Shown: positions 9,008 to 20,357, counted from the first letter of the whole stretch. The stretch is DNA of 61,441 nucleotides, filler included, from 7 parts of 7 records of this genome joined end to end with filler, not necessarily neighbours in it; one strand, 5' to 3'. Notes: generated by a model from the letters alone, not told the origin. Made by a program: numbers and translations.

Positions 9008-10351
9008 TTATTTATTGATGATCACTAATGATTTTAAAATATCAATTGCTGATTTTAACTGATTGTCTTCTAAAACTTGCTCTTTAGAGATAGTTTTTTT
9101 ACTCTCTTCAGTTTCCTCTAGCTCTTTTTTCTTTTTCTCTCCAACTTTATCAAGTTCCACTTCAAGATGTTTGATCATATTTGCTTCTTTGATATCAAAC
9201 TCTGATTCCTCTTGAGTCACTACTTTTCCAGGGAATACATTAATATCTGGAACAATCCCTTTTGCTTGGATCGTTCTTCCACTTGGTAAATAATATTTTG
9301 CAACGGTTAATTTAATCGCTTCACTTCCATCATCTACAATTGGAATAACTCTTTGTACACTTCCTTTTCCAAATGTCTCTTCCCCTACAATAACAGCTCG
9401 TTTATGATCTTGGAGTGCTCCACTTACAATCTCACTTGCACTTGCACTTCCACCATTTACTAAAACTGCCATAGGGACTGTTGTTACTGTATTCACTGAA
9501 CTTGCACTAAACTCTTCATAGTCTTTTTGATCTTTCCCTTTTTGAGAAACGATCACTCCATTATCAACAAAAAGATCTACCACATCGATAGCTTGACCTA
9601 ATTGTCCACCAGGATTGTTTCTAAGATCTAAGATGATCCCTTTTGTTTTTTCTTTATGCTCTTCTATAAATTTTTTCAGCTCACTCGTTACTTTTGTATC
9701 CATAAAAGATGAGATTCTAAGATATAAGATATCATCACTTATTGTTTTTGCATATACTGATTGGATCTTAATAATATCTCTAATAATATGGATCGTAATA
9801 GGTTTATTTTCCCCTTTTCGTACAATCGTAATATCAATAGGAGTTCCTTTTTTTCCTCTCATAAGATCTACGGCATCTTGAAGTGTCATATTAATTGTAG
9901 CTTGATCATCAATCTTTAAAATAATATCTCCAGACTTTACTCCTGCTTTATATGCAGGTGTATCATCAATTGGTGAGATGATAGTAAGTGCTCCATCACG
10001 TTTCCCTATAACAATACCTAAACCACCAAACTCACCTTTTGTCTCAGTTTGCATATCTTTAAATTTTTCTTTATTTAACATTGATGAGTGTGCATCAAGT
10101 TCATGTAAAAGTCCAGCGATAGATTTATCAACTATTTCGCTTAGTTTCATCTCATCCACATACAACATCTCAACCGCTGCAATTACTTTTTGCAGTTTTG
10201 TATATGATTCAAGTCTTGAAGGCTCTTCTTTTTCTTCTTTTTTTACTTCTGCCGCTATTTCTTGTGCATATATCGGAGAAATAAATAGTCCAATACTTAA
10301 TACTAATAGATAGGATATTTTTCTAAAATTGTTCATGATTGTGTTTTCCAT
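9008..10351 (-). CDS. ctpA: Carboxy-terminal processing protease, S41 family
   Basis: PDZ GEFGGLG, DLRNNPGG, SASASEIV, TFGKGSVQ; true start may be ATG 10336. Confidence 0.93.
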   Translation of the reverse strand: MENTIMNNFRKISYLLVLSIGLFISPIYAQEIAAEVKKEEKEEPSRLESYTKLQKVIAAVEMLYVDEMKLSEIVDKSIAGLLHELDAHSSMLNKEKFKDMQTETKGEFGGLGIVIGKRDGALTIISPIDDTPAYKAGVKSGDIILKIDDQATINMTLQDAVDLMRGKKGTPIDITIVRKGENKPITIHIIRDIIKIQSVYAKTISDDILYLRISSFMDTKVTSELKKFIEEHKEKTKGIILDLRNNPGGQLGQAIDVVDLFVDNGVIVSQKGKDQKDYEEFSASSVNTVTTVPMAVLVNGGSASASEIVSGALQDHKRAVIVGEETFGKGSVQRVIPIVDDGSEAIKLTVAKYYLPSGRTIQAKGIVPDINVFPGKVVTQEESEFDIKEANMIKHLEVELDKVGEKKKKELEETEESKKTISKEQVLEDNQLKSAIDILKSLVIINK

Positions 10352-10368
10352 TGATTGAATTTTCTAAG

Positions 10369-10392
10369 ATTATATCCAATAAATGATATAAT
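10369..10392. promoter_or_regulatory. Back-to-back divergent sigma70 -10 boxes for ctpA and mscS
   Basis: TATAAT on the minus strand at 10369-10374; TGaTATAAT on the plus strand at 10384-10392. Confidence 0.55.
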
Positions 10393-10421
10393 AACCTTTA
10401 ATAATTATACTAAGGGGATAC

Positions 10422-11240
10422 ATGGAAAACGAGATCGAATCTATCCAAAATATCTATAATATAATCATAAACTTTTTTATCACTTACAGTTTCCAAATTG
10501 TAGGTGCTGTGATTATTTTACTTTTAGGTATCTATGTAGGGAAAAAAGTTGCTACCTTTGTAGAAAGTTTTTGCCTAAAGAAAAATCTAGATGTAACCCT
10601 TACTAAGTTTATCTCAGCAGCAGTTAGAATCTCAATTATCGTAGCTGCTTCTATTATAGCACTTGGTAAAGTTGGTATCACTATAACTCCTTTTGTTGCT
10701 GCTATTGGTGCTATGTCACTTGGAGTTGGTCTTGCTCTTCAAGGACTACTTTCAAACTTTGGAGCAGGAGTTTCAATTATAGCAACACGCCCTTTTATTG
10801 TTGGAAATACGATAAAAGTTCAAGGACAAACAGGCTTAGTAAAAGAGATACGACTTGCTTATACTATACTGGAGACTGAAGATAAAGAGATCATTACCAT
10901 CCCAAATAAACATATTTTAGGAGAGATTCTTGTAAACTCATTTGATTATACGATAGTTGAGATGATGGTAGGGATCGATTATAAGAGTGACCCTAAAAAA
11001 GCGATCGCTTTGATTTATGAGGTTTTAGAAAAATATGAAGAGCTTTCACACGATCCAAAACCACTAGTAGGGATCAAAGAGTTTGCAGATGCTTCTATCA
11101 ATATAGAACTACGATATTGGGCACCAACAATTCAGTATAATGAGATACAATATAAGATCAATATGGATATCTTTGAAAGTTTTACTAAAAACGATATCAC
11201 AATCCCTTACCCAACATATAACATTATAAAGGCTAATTAA
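10422..11240 (+). CDS. mscS: Small-conductance mechanosensitive channel
   Basis: Three TM helices, GLALQGLLSNFGAG, RPF.VG, ITIPN, IPYP. Confidence 0.9.
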   Translation: MENEIESIQNIYNIIINFFITYSFQIVGAVIILLLGIYVGKKVATFVESFCLKKNLDVTLTKFISAAVRISIIVAASIIALGKVGITITPFVAAIGAMSLGVGLALQGLLSNFGAGVSIIATRPFIVGNTIKVQGQTGLVKEIRLAYTILETEDKEIITIPNKHILGEILVNSFDYTIVEMMVGIDYKSDPKKAIALIYEVLEKYEELSHDPKPLVGIKEFADASINIELRYWAPTIQYNEIQYKINMDIFESFTKNDITIPYPTYNIIKAN

Positions 11241-12362
<1,122 letters not shown>

Positions 12363-12459
12363 TTTTGGATATAATCGTGAAATATTAAAGAATTCACACG
12401 ACGAAGTCTTGATTTATAAAAAAGATTTCTATACTAAAAGAGAAAAAAAGGACTAATCA

Positions 12460-12750
12460 GTGACTATTGATAATACAACTGTTGATAAACTAGCAAAGCT
12501 TTCTTCACTTACTATTGAAGATGATAAAAAAGAAGCGATTGCTTATGAACTTGCTCAAATTATTGAGTTTGTTGAAAACTTAAATGAGATCGATGTAAGC
12601 CATGTGGATGCTACATTTACTACTATTGAGGGTGGTCAAAAGTTTAGAGAAGATGTATCAAATAAAGAAGATGGTGTAGCTGAAGCTATTATGAAAAATG
12701 CTCCAAAATCTGAAAACAACTACTTTGTAGTCCCAGCAATTATAGAATAA
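12460..12750 (+). CDS. gatC: Asp/Glu-tRNA amidotransferase subunit C
   Basis: KLAKLSSL, FREDV, NAPKSENNYFVVP; GTG start after AAGGA. Confidence 0.92.
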   Translation: MTIDNTTVDKLAKLSSLTIEDDKKEAIAYELAQIIEFVENLNEIDVSHVDATFTTIEGGQKFREDVSNKEDGVAEAIMKNAPKSENNYFVVPAIIE

Positions 12751-12962
12751 TGATCACAATATATGGAATAAAAACTTGTAATAGCGTACAAAAAGCTATC
12801 AAGTTTTGTAAAACAAATGAATTAGAATATACTTTTCATGATTTTAGAGCTGAGCCACTAGAAGCTTCTAAAATAGATACTTTTGCTGCATATGTTGATA
12901 TTAATACACTTTTTAATTCACGTGGAACAAAATATAAAGATCTTAAACTTAAAGAGTTAAAT
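12750..12962 (+). CDS. ArsC/Spx/YffB-family protein, partial
   Basis: ITIYGIKTCNSVQKA..YTFHDFR; cut by the linker. Confidence 0.8.
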
Positions 12963-13062
12963 NNNNNNNNNNNNNNNNNNNNNNNNNNNNNNNNNNNNNN
13001 NNNNNNTTAATTAATTAANNNNNNNNNNNNNNNNNNNNNNNNNNNNNNNNNNNNNNNNNNNN
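12963..13062. other. Artificial contig linker
   Basis: N44-TTAATTAATTAA-N44, stops in all six frames. Confidence 0.99.
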
Positions 13063-14583
13063 CTCTTCATGCCAATAGAAATCTCCGCCAACAATATCTC
13101 TTGGTCTCCAAATTACAAATAAATCTTTTAAGCTTTTTTTCATATCACTTATATTTGGAAGTGTAGAGTTTTGAATAATTTTTGCATATGAGATACTTGA
13201 CGTAATCTTCATATTTTTTTCTTCCAATTCGATATTCTTAGTATGAACCTCTCTAACTCTTTCAGCAATTTTCTTTTCAAGATTATCATTTTGATGCTCT
13301 AATTGCTTATTTAGTTGAAGGTTTTCCCTATTTTTTACAGTTAAATTTATAGTTAGTTTTTCTGCTAATTGAAATGCTCTTATAAATGTTCTGGCTAAAT
13401 AGACAGCTTGAACTAACAAAAAAATTACCAAGCAAAATGGTACTAAATTGATACTGTTTATTTTTTGCATGTTCAAAAGTGCATCATTAACTATTCCAAT
13501 AATAATTACCACAAAACCATAAGCAAAATATTTAGACTGTAACTTTTTCCAGTTAATAAAGATGTTCTTCAAAATGAATAAAACAGCTAGTGCTATATAA
13601 AAATAAGAAGTTACTATAGTGTATTTTAAGAAAAATCTATTAGGAGTAACTAAAGTGACTAAACATAAGAAATAGCCGAATCCAACGAGTATTTTAAAAG
13701 TTTTAGTTTTTTCAAACTCCTCATAGATACTATGAAAATAGTTCAAGAAAAAAGGAACTGCAAAGAAAGCTGAAACAACATCAAGTCTTATAAAAAGTGG
13801 CTCTATCAAATCCGGATGAATATAAAACATCATTCTCTCATTTGTTCCAACAGTTCTAAAAACAATTGCCAAAGTAAATAGTGCGAAATAAAGATTAGAC
13901 TTTTCTTTTCGCATCAAAAAAAATAGAACAAAATGATATACGGACATAAAAGCAATTGCACCAAATATAAATGAATCAAAAAATGCCGCTTTTATTTTTT
14001 TGTTATTAATTAAATTCTGTTCTCCAAATGTTATCCTATCAAGTAAACCTCCCTTACGGGCATTAAAACTGGAAAGCTGAAGTAAAACATTTATTTTATT
14101 ATTTTTTGCTTCAAAAAACACTGTTCTCGGAATAATGTCAGGTTTAAAGAATTTCTTGGTTTCCGAAACTTTCCCGTTTTCAAAAATAAGTTTATCATCA
14201 ATATACAGTTTATACGAATAATATACTCCGTTTAGTTTAAAGCCGTATTGTTTTCCTATTTCTAAGCCTGAAATATTAAAACTATACGTACCATATCCCC
14301 CATCTATTAATTCATCTTCGTAAGTTGTCCACGATATAGGAATATTCTCATAGTTCTTCTCTAGTGGAAGAGTGGAATTATCATAAAATTTATTTGCATA
14401 AAATTCAAACTCACCAGATATCTTAACTAAATCTTTAGACAAATCAATTTTACTCAAATCAACTTGCCCGCTTTGAGCTTCCAGATGAATATTCTTACTG
14501 AAGCATAAACTTGGAAAAAACAGTGATAAAAGCAAAAATTGTATAATTATTAATCTTATTTTCTTATAGTTTATCCATCCCAT
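13063..14583 (-). CDS. 7TM-DISM sensor with coiled coil and SpoIIE/PP2C phosphatase domain, C-terminus truncated
   Basis: Extracellular beta domain (GYGTY), about 7 TM helices, SISYAKIIQ and WRPRDIVGGDFYW. Confidence 0.8.
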
Positions 14584-14801
14584 AAATACTCCTCGTTTAC
14601 TTTTTTAAAACGTAAAATAATTAACTTCCCCTAATAAAGTTTAGCACATGCCTAATGAATAAACAAAGATTCTGTTGCAAAAAATATTTATCATAATATG
14701 ATACTGAAAAACTATGATTATCAAGGATTTAATAATAGCATAAGTTTATATATTTATTACTCTGAAATAGATAAAGTAAAAAGTAAGAATAAAAAATTGT
14801 A

Positions 14802-14830
14802 TTGTCAATATGACAAATTTATATTATAAT
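14802..14830 (+). promoter_or_regulatory. Sigma70 promoter with a palindromic operator over the -35
   Basis: TTGTCA-17 nt-TATAAT; palindrome TTGTCA-ATA-TGACAA at 14802-14816. Confidence 0.6.
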
Positions 14831-14908
14831 TAGATTTATTATTTTATTTTGAAGAATATTAATGCTATAATTGATTTATAATTAATTATTTTCTTAAGGA
14901 GTATCACA

Positions 14909-15643
14909 ATGAAAAAATATCATATTGATAAAAGTATTCCAATTCCTCTATATTTTCAATTAAAGGAAATCCTGCTAAAAGAGATAAAAAGTACATATAG
15001 TGCAGGCGATACTTTTCCAACTGAAATGGAAATATGTGAGTTATTTGGACTAAGCAGACCAACAGTTCGTCAGGCGATTAATGAGCTTGTTAACGAAGGT
15101 TATTTGTATAGACAACGAGGAAGAGGTACATTCGTATCAAAACCTAAAATAGCGCAGGATTTTGCCAATGTAATAGAGAGTTTTAACAATGAAATGAGTA
15201 AAAAAAATATTATACCTAAAACAAAAGTTTTAGAACTAATAGAGATGGAATGCCCTGCTGAAATATCTGAGAAACTTAACTTAATTGCCGGTGAAGAGGT
15301 TGCTAAATTGACAAGACTTCGATATGCAAATGATGAACCTTTACTTGTAGTAACAACTTATACTCCGTTAAAGATTTTTCCTGAGATTTTAAAATGTGAT
15401 TTCGAAGAGAGTTCTCTTTATGATTATTTTAAGCAAAATGGACATGACATTTTAAAAGTTAGCAGAACATTTGAAGCACGTATCTCAACAAAAGCTGAGG
15501 AAAAAATACTTGGATTAAATGAGAAGAATGCAATTCACTATTTTGAAACTATAGCAACTTCTACCAAGGGAGATGTAATCGAATACTCGGTTTGTAGTTA
15601 TAGAGGAGATATGAATAAATTTAGAGTAGAAATATATAAATAA
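14909..15643 (+). CDS. GntR-family (HutC/UTRA) transcriptional regulator
   Basis: PLYFQLK, PTE.E..FGLSRPTVRQA, GRGTFV, C-terminal UTRA domain. Confidence 0.93.
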   Translation: MKKYHIDKSIPIPLYFQLKEILLKEIKSTYSAGDTFPTEMEICELFGLSRPTVRQAINELVNEGYLYRQRGRGTFVSKPKIAQDFANVIESFNNEMSKKNIIPKTKVLELIEMECPAEISEKLNLIAGEEVAKLTRLRYANDEPLLVVTTYTPLKIFPEILKCDFEESSLYDYFKQNGHDILKVSRTFEARISTKAEEKILGLNEKNAIHYFETIATSTKGDVIEYSVCSYRGDMNKFRVEIYK

Positions 15644-15682
15644 TATCAAAATATTCAAACTTTTGTTTTGAATATTTTGATA
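15644..15682 (+). terminator. AT-rich hairpin after gntR
   Basis: TATCAAAATATTCAAA / TTTGAATATTTTGATA, 16-bp inverted repeat. Confidence 0.55.
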
Positions 15683-15714
15683 TGTAGTTTTAAATTTAAA
15701 TATTTTTTTGAATT

Positions 15715-15736
15715 AATTTGGTACCGATTCCAAATT
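15715..15736. promoter_or_regulatory. LacI-type operator upstream of the trmB-like gene
   Basis: AATTTGGTACCGATTCCAAATT, central CG; resembles the sites at 20322 and 23757. Confidence 0.55.
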
Positions 15737-15843
15737 GTATTTGAGTTCTTCTGCTTTAGTATTTTATTTTGCAAATTATTTTAGTTTCATGTTACAATGA
15801 TTTTAAAGAGACAAAATAAAGTTAATTTGAATGAGGTTTTATT

Positions 15844-16653
15844 ATGGATTTTATTATTGATAATTTACAAAAATTTGGGTTTTCCAAAATGGAGGGAAAT
15901 GTATATATAACTCTTTTGAAAAATCCTGAAATCAGTGGGTATAAAATTGGAAAGATTTTAGCAATTCCAAGAAGTACTGTTTATGCTTGCCTTGATAATC
16001 TACATCAAAAAGGAGCAATATACTTAATTCCCGGAAATACCAATACCTATAAGGTAAAAGATGTTGAAACTTTTTTCGAAAACTTAAAGAAAACATATGT
16101 TGAAACTGTTGATGAGATTAAAGATGAACTGAAAGACTTAACTAAAAAAAATGTTGATACTGCTTCATTTTTTCATATTACAGGTTATGATAATTGTATG
16201 CAAAAGATGAAAGAGCTTCTTCTTAGTGCAGAAGAAGAGGTATATATAAATTTATCTATGGAACTTCAGGTGTTTAAGGAGGAGCTTAAAAAATTAGCTG
16301 AAAAAAATGTTAAAGTGATTATTTTTTGTCAAATAGGAAATGATCATACTGGCATTGATGCTGAAATATATGAGAATAAAAAATTTCAATTTAATCCAGA
16401 AGGAGAGGACAACATATTAATGGTTGTTGATCTCAAAAAATCATTTGTTGGTAATGGTTATTTGGATCAAGAGTTTGCCGGAACTTATTCTGAAAACAGA
16501 TTTTTTGTCTATACTATTTCAAACTATATTCATTTGGATATCTATAATTTACGCTTAGAGGAGAAATATAAATCACCTTTGATTGATGAAGAGATTAAAA
16601 TAAATTCCAAGTTAGAGCAGGAATTTAAAAATGCAATAGAAGGTAAAAAATAA
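15844..16653 (+). CDS. TrmB-family transcriptional regulator
   Basis: LQKFGFSKMEGNVYITLL, SGYKIGK..IPRSTVY..L..L; effector domain with SAEEEVYI. Confidence 0.9.
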   Translation: MDFIIDNLQKFGFSKMEGNVYITLLKNPEISGYKIGKILAIPRSTVYACLDNLHQKGAIYLIPGNTNTYKVKDVETFFENLKKTYVETVDEIKDELKDLTKKNVDTASFFHITGYDNCMQKMKELLLSAEEEVYINLSMELQVFKEELKKLAEKNVKVIIFCQIGNDHTGIDAEIYENKKFQFNPEGEDNILMVVDLKKSFVGNGYLDQEFAGTYSENRFFVYTISNYIHLDIYNLRLEEKYKSPLIDEEIKINSKLEQEFKNAIEGKK

Positions 16654-16670
16654 TTTTTTTACACTAAAAA

Positions 16671-16722
16671 TATAAAAAACGACTTTTCATGATAATCATT
16701 TCATGTAAAGTCGTTTTTTATA
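16671..16722. terminator. Bidirectional intrinsic terminator
   Basis: TATAAAAAACGACTTT...AAAGTCGTTTTTTATA between convergent genes. Confidence 0.75.
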
Positions 16723-17421
16723 TTAATCAAACCCCATCTCGATCATATTATTCCTAATCTCAATAATTTCACCATTTTTTTCCATCTCTTTCAGAACTTC
16801 AGTTAGCTTAGGAATCAAATATGCTTTACTTTCATGTAGGTAGTGATATAGCTTAGTTGTAATTAATGCAGGTTCAAGTTCTCTTATATCATTAAAACCG
16901 TTACTTTCAATAATACCCCTGGCATTTATATCAGTTGAGATTATCAAATCTATTCTCCCTCTGTTTAATTTTCTAAAATTAGTTATATCACTAACTGCCG
17001 TTACAACATTTAAACCTTTTGTATAACTTTCAACAATTACAACTCCCAGTTTTATCCCTATCAGATAATTTTCCAAGCTCTTTTTTGAACTTACATAAAA
17101 ATTATGATCTTTAGAATATGTATATAGGCTAAAATGATTTATAGGGACAGAAATTCTTTTTAGACTAGGATATTTCTTTCCTACACTTTCGATGCGGTGA
17201 ACCTCTCCATCTACAAGTCCTACGCTTGAATCCGCTAATGCTCTTGCAGGAGGTAAGGTGATGAATTCAACTTCATAATTTATTTTTTGATATGCGACCT
17301 TAAGAACCTCCTGTGAAATTGAGCTGAGGGGAGATTGTATCAATGCTAATCTAATTTTATTTTCAGAATAAACGAAAGAGCTCAATATAATAAATAGAAT
17401 TATACTTATAAATTTTTTCAT
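16723..17421 (-). CDS. Periplasmic substrate-binding protein, family 3-like (orphan)
   Basis: Signal peptide, LPPARAL..G.VDGE, KLNRGRIDL, LYHYLH. Confidence 0.75.
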   Translation of the reverse strand: MKKFISIILFIILSSFVYSENKIRLALIQSPLSSISQEVLKVAYQKINYEVEFITLPPARALADSSVGLVDGEVHRIESVGKKYPSLKRISVPINHFSLYTYSKDHNFYVSSKKSLENYLIGIKLGVVIVESYTKGLNVVTAVSDITNFRKLNRGRIDLIISTDINARGIIESNGFNDIRELEPALITTKLYHYLHESKAYLIPKLTEVLKEMEKNGEIIEIRNNMIEMGFD

Positions 17422-17529
17422 AACAACTTCCTCACTTTGAAATCACTCTGATAATAATATTATATGCTAGTGAAATTGAATTTCCTTGTTTTTGGGTTTT
17501 AAATAGATTATTTTAAATAGGATTTTATA

Positions 17530-17593
17530 TTGACTTTTTTGGCTTAATTCAATATACTTAAAATAGGTAGTATTTAACGATACTACCTATTTT
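17530..17593 (+). promoter_or_regulatory. Sigma70 promoter followed by a 14-bp perfect inverted-repeat operator
   Basis: TTGACT(17530)-17 nt-TATACT(17553); AAAATAGGTAGTAT-N6-ATACTACCTATTTT at 17560-17593. Confidence 0.7.
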
Positions 17594-17679
17594 GAAATTT
17601 GGAAGTATTGGAAATAGAATATGGTAAAAGAAGGATGTATTGGATAATTATTATTTATAGCTTTTGTTAAAAGTATGAG

Positions 17680-18024
17680 GTGAATATGGAATATTTAGAC
17701 GAGCTAAGAAGACAATTTTTTGGTGAAACTGTTGAAAGAAAAAAAGAGCTGTTAGAAGCAAAGGTTGATGCCATTATTGAAGGACTTGGAGGTATTGAGA
17801 ACATTAAACTGGTTAGAAACAGTTGGGAAGTATTACAATTTTGTTTAAAGAATACTAGTAAAATAAATGTTGTAAAACTTAGTACCTGTGGGGCATCAGA
17901 GTTAAAGATACTTTCTAATAGAGAGGTAGACGTTATTTTTGCATCAGGACTTGGTTTAATTGAAGCAAAGTTGAAAGAAATGATTAATAGTGATTCCTGG
18001 CTACACTCTTTGCCGCAAAATTAA
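17680..18024 (+). CDS. Stand-alone PTS EIIB-like protein lacking the phospho-acceptor Cys
   Basis: AIIEGLGGIENIK matches the glucose/maltose EIIB start, but the CxTRLR position reads SWEVLQ. Confidence 0.65.
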   Translation: MNMEYLDELRRQFFGETVERKKELLEAKVDAIIEGLGGIENIKLVRNSWEVLQFCLKNTSKINVVKLSTCGASELKILSNREVDVIFASGLGLIEAKLKEMINSDSWLHSLPQN

Positions 18025-18104
18025 AGCTTTTATACTAAAAAATAATTAATATAAGAGTTAAAAGTTTTGAAATTTATATAGATAGAAAAAATTAGGAGGA
18101 AATT

Positions 18105-20213
18105 ATGAAAAGAAAGCATTTTATTCCAGCATTAATGACTATGTTTATTTTTATGTTAATGGGATGCACTAGTACGAAAGTTGATAAGATGAGCGATAAG
18201 ACAGTTGATAAAAAACTGACAATCGGTGGTAGCAGATTGACGGTGTTTTTTGAAAAACCTGCTGATTGGGAAACGCTGCAAGTTTATTATTATAATTCTA
18301 ATCCAGCATCATCACTTGACTGGGGTGCAGCACCTGAGATGATCGAGGATAGTGCAAATCCGGGTTGGTATTATTATGAATTCCCTGAAGGATTTACTGC
18401 TGCGACAGTTATGTTTAAAGACAGTAGCGGTAAGCAAATTCCGGCATCAGGTGAAGCTGGTAAAGATATATCTCAGAATACATGGTTCTATAGTTCTTTT
18501 AAAAATAATACAACTATAAATCCATTTGGAGAATCAAAACCACAGATCTTTGTTACTACTGAAGACGAATTTTCTAATACTTTAATAGTAGACCTTAAAA
18601 TTATTAGTGATTCAGATATCATCTCTATGTCATATATTTTAGATGGTGTGGAAACAAAATTTGATAATCCAAATACCAGTATTGAATTCGGAGAAGATTT
18701 AGCAGTTGGAGATATAGCAACTCTTATTGTAAAAGCTGAAAATGAAATAGGAGAAACAGTTTCAAGTGAATACGAGTATGAAAAAACTTCTAAAGAAGTA
18801 TGGGAAAAATTAGAAAAAATTGAAGCATATAATGATTTAAGAATGTATCAAATTATGGTTAGTGCATACATTGATGGAAAACCGGGTGGATATGGAAAAG
18901 GTTATGGACCGAGTCATCATAATGGTGATTTACAAGGTGTAATTAACGCTCTTGATTACATAGAAGACCTAGGAATAAATGCAATCTGGCTGACTCCGAT
19001 ATTTGAATCAAAAGAAGATCCAGATCACAATCAATGGGAAGTTAGAGGAAGAACTACAGGATATTTTGCTGATGATTACTTCAATATCGATCCCAAATTT
19101 GGAACAAACGAAGAGTTCAAAACATTAGTAGATGAAGCTCATGCAAGAGGAATTTATGTATTCCTTGATGGAGTTTTCGGACATCACGGTTCTTTTCCAA
19201 TTGAAGGTGTAACTGATAAAAAAGGGCAATGGTATGGTTATGAAACTAAATATCCTGAAAGTTTAGAATTCTTCAAAGATGTTGCTACTTACTGGATAGA
19301 GGAGTATGAAATCGACGGATGGAGAATGGATCAGGCTTATCAACTGTATCAAGATAATAAAAACTACTGGAAACAGATAAGAGAAACTGTAGAGGAAGTT
19401 ACTGCTAAAAGAAAAGCTGAAGGAAAAGAGTGGGGAACTCTAGGATATATGGTTGGAGAAATTTGGGATGGAAGTGGAAACGATATCAAAAACAGAGGTT
19501 ATGCTAAAAATGGCCTGAGATCATGTTTTGATTTCCCAACTAGATATGCATTGGTACAGGCTTTAGCTGTAGATGAAGGAAAATCATCAGCTCCATTATC
19601 AAAATTAAACGAAAGTCTTAATATCAAATACCCTGAATTTGCTCAGCAAAATATGTTTATCTCAAATCATGATGTTGTAAGACTTGGTGATCTGATTCAG
19701 AGAGCAGGATTAAAAGGATACTGGGAAAGACATAAAGTTGCACTTAGTTTCTTAGCTGCTTATACAGGTCCGATTACACTATACTACGGTGATGAATATG
19801 GTGACGAACACCCTAATTTCGTAGAAAGAACTGACTTAGATAGTGAGCCATACATCGCAGAAGATAACGTAGCCAGAAGTAACGGACAAATTGACGACTT
19901 CACAGCTGAAGAGCAGGATTTAATAAATTATACAAAAAAACTTATGGAAATCAGAAAAAATTACTCTTCTTTATCACATGGAGAAAGAACAAATTTAGTT
20001 GCTGGAGATACTCAATATGCTGATCTAAAAGAAGATGAAAATAATAAAGTATTATATGTAATCAACTCAGCTGATTTCTCATCAGCAGTTAAAATTAAGG
20101 ATTTACCAGGAACTACTTTAGTTGATCTAATGACTGGTGAAGAGATAAAAATTAAAGCTGAAACTAGCATTCCAATGAAAAAAATATCAGCAAGATTTTT
20201 ATTAGTAAAATAA
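18105..20213 (+). CDS. Lipoprotein alpha-amylase (GH13) with an N-terminal starch-binding module
   Basis: Lipobox LMGC; CBM26-like KPADW..YYY..W..M..GWYYY; GH13 regions DGVFGH, DGWRMD, VGEIW, SNHD. Confidence 0.88.
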   Translation: MKRKHFIPALMTMFIFMLMGCTSTKVDKMSDKTVDKKLTIGGSRLTVFFEKPADWETLQVYYYNSNPASSLDWGAAPEMIEDSANPGWYYYEFPEGFTAATVMFKDSSGKQIPASGEAGKDISQNTWFYSSFKNNTTINPFGESKPQIFVTTEDEFSNTLIVDLKIISDSDIISMSYILDGVETKFDNPNTSIEFGEDLAVGDIATLIVKAENEIGETVSSEYEYEKTSKEVWEKLEKIEAYNDLRMYQIMVSAYIDGKPGGYGKGYGPSHHNGDLQGVINALDYIEDLGINAIWLTPIFESKEDPDHNQWEVRGRTTGYFADDYFNIDPKFGTNEEFKTLVDEAHARGIYVFLDGVFGHHGSFPIEGVTDKKGQWYGYETKYPESLEFFKDVATYWIEEYEIDGWRMDQAYQLYQDNKNYWKQIRETVEEVTAKRKAEGKEWGTLGYMVGEIWDGSGNDIKNRGYAKNGLRSCFDFPTRYALVQALAVDEGKSSAPLSKLNESLNIKYPEFAQQNMFISNHDVVRLGDLIQRAGLKGYWERHKVALSFLAAYTGPITLYYGDEYGDEHPNFVERTDLDSEPYIAEDNVARSNGQIDDFTAEEQDLINYTKKLMEIRKNYSSLSHGERTNLVAGDTQYADLKEDENNKVLYVINSADFSSAVKIKDLPGTTLVDLMTGEEIKIKAETSIPMKKISARFLLVK

Positions 20214-20224
20214 AAAAATAAAAA

Positions 20225-20273
20225 ATCCCATAATTAAAAACTTGAGATACTTGAAAGCGATTAATTATGGGAT
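20225..20273 (+). terminator. Large-loop hairpin after the amylase gene
   Basis: ATCCCATAATTAA / TTAATTATGGGAT, 13-bp inverted repeat. Confidence 0.5.
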
Positions 20274-20286
20274 GTATTTATTTAGC

Positions 20287-20337
20287 TTGACAAAATATAA
20301 AGATAATATGGTATACTGGAATTGGAATCGATTCAAA
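20287..20337 (+). promoter_or_regulatory. Promoter with a LacI-type operator at the transcription start
   Basis: TTGACA at 20287, extended -10 TGgTATACT at 20309-20317, TTGGAATCGATTCAAA at 20322-20337. Confidence 0.65.
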
Positions 20338-20357
20338 AAAATAGAGGAGACAAAATA

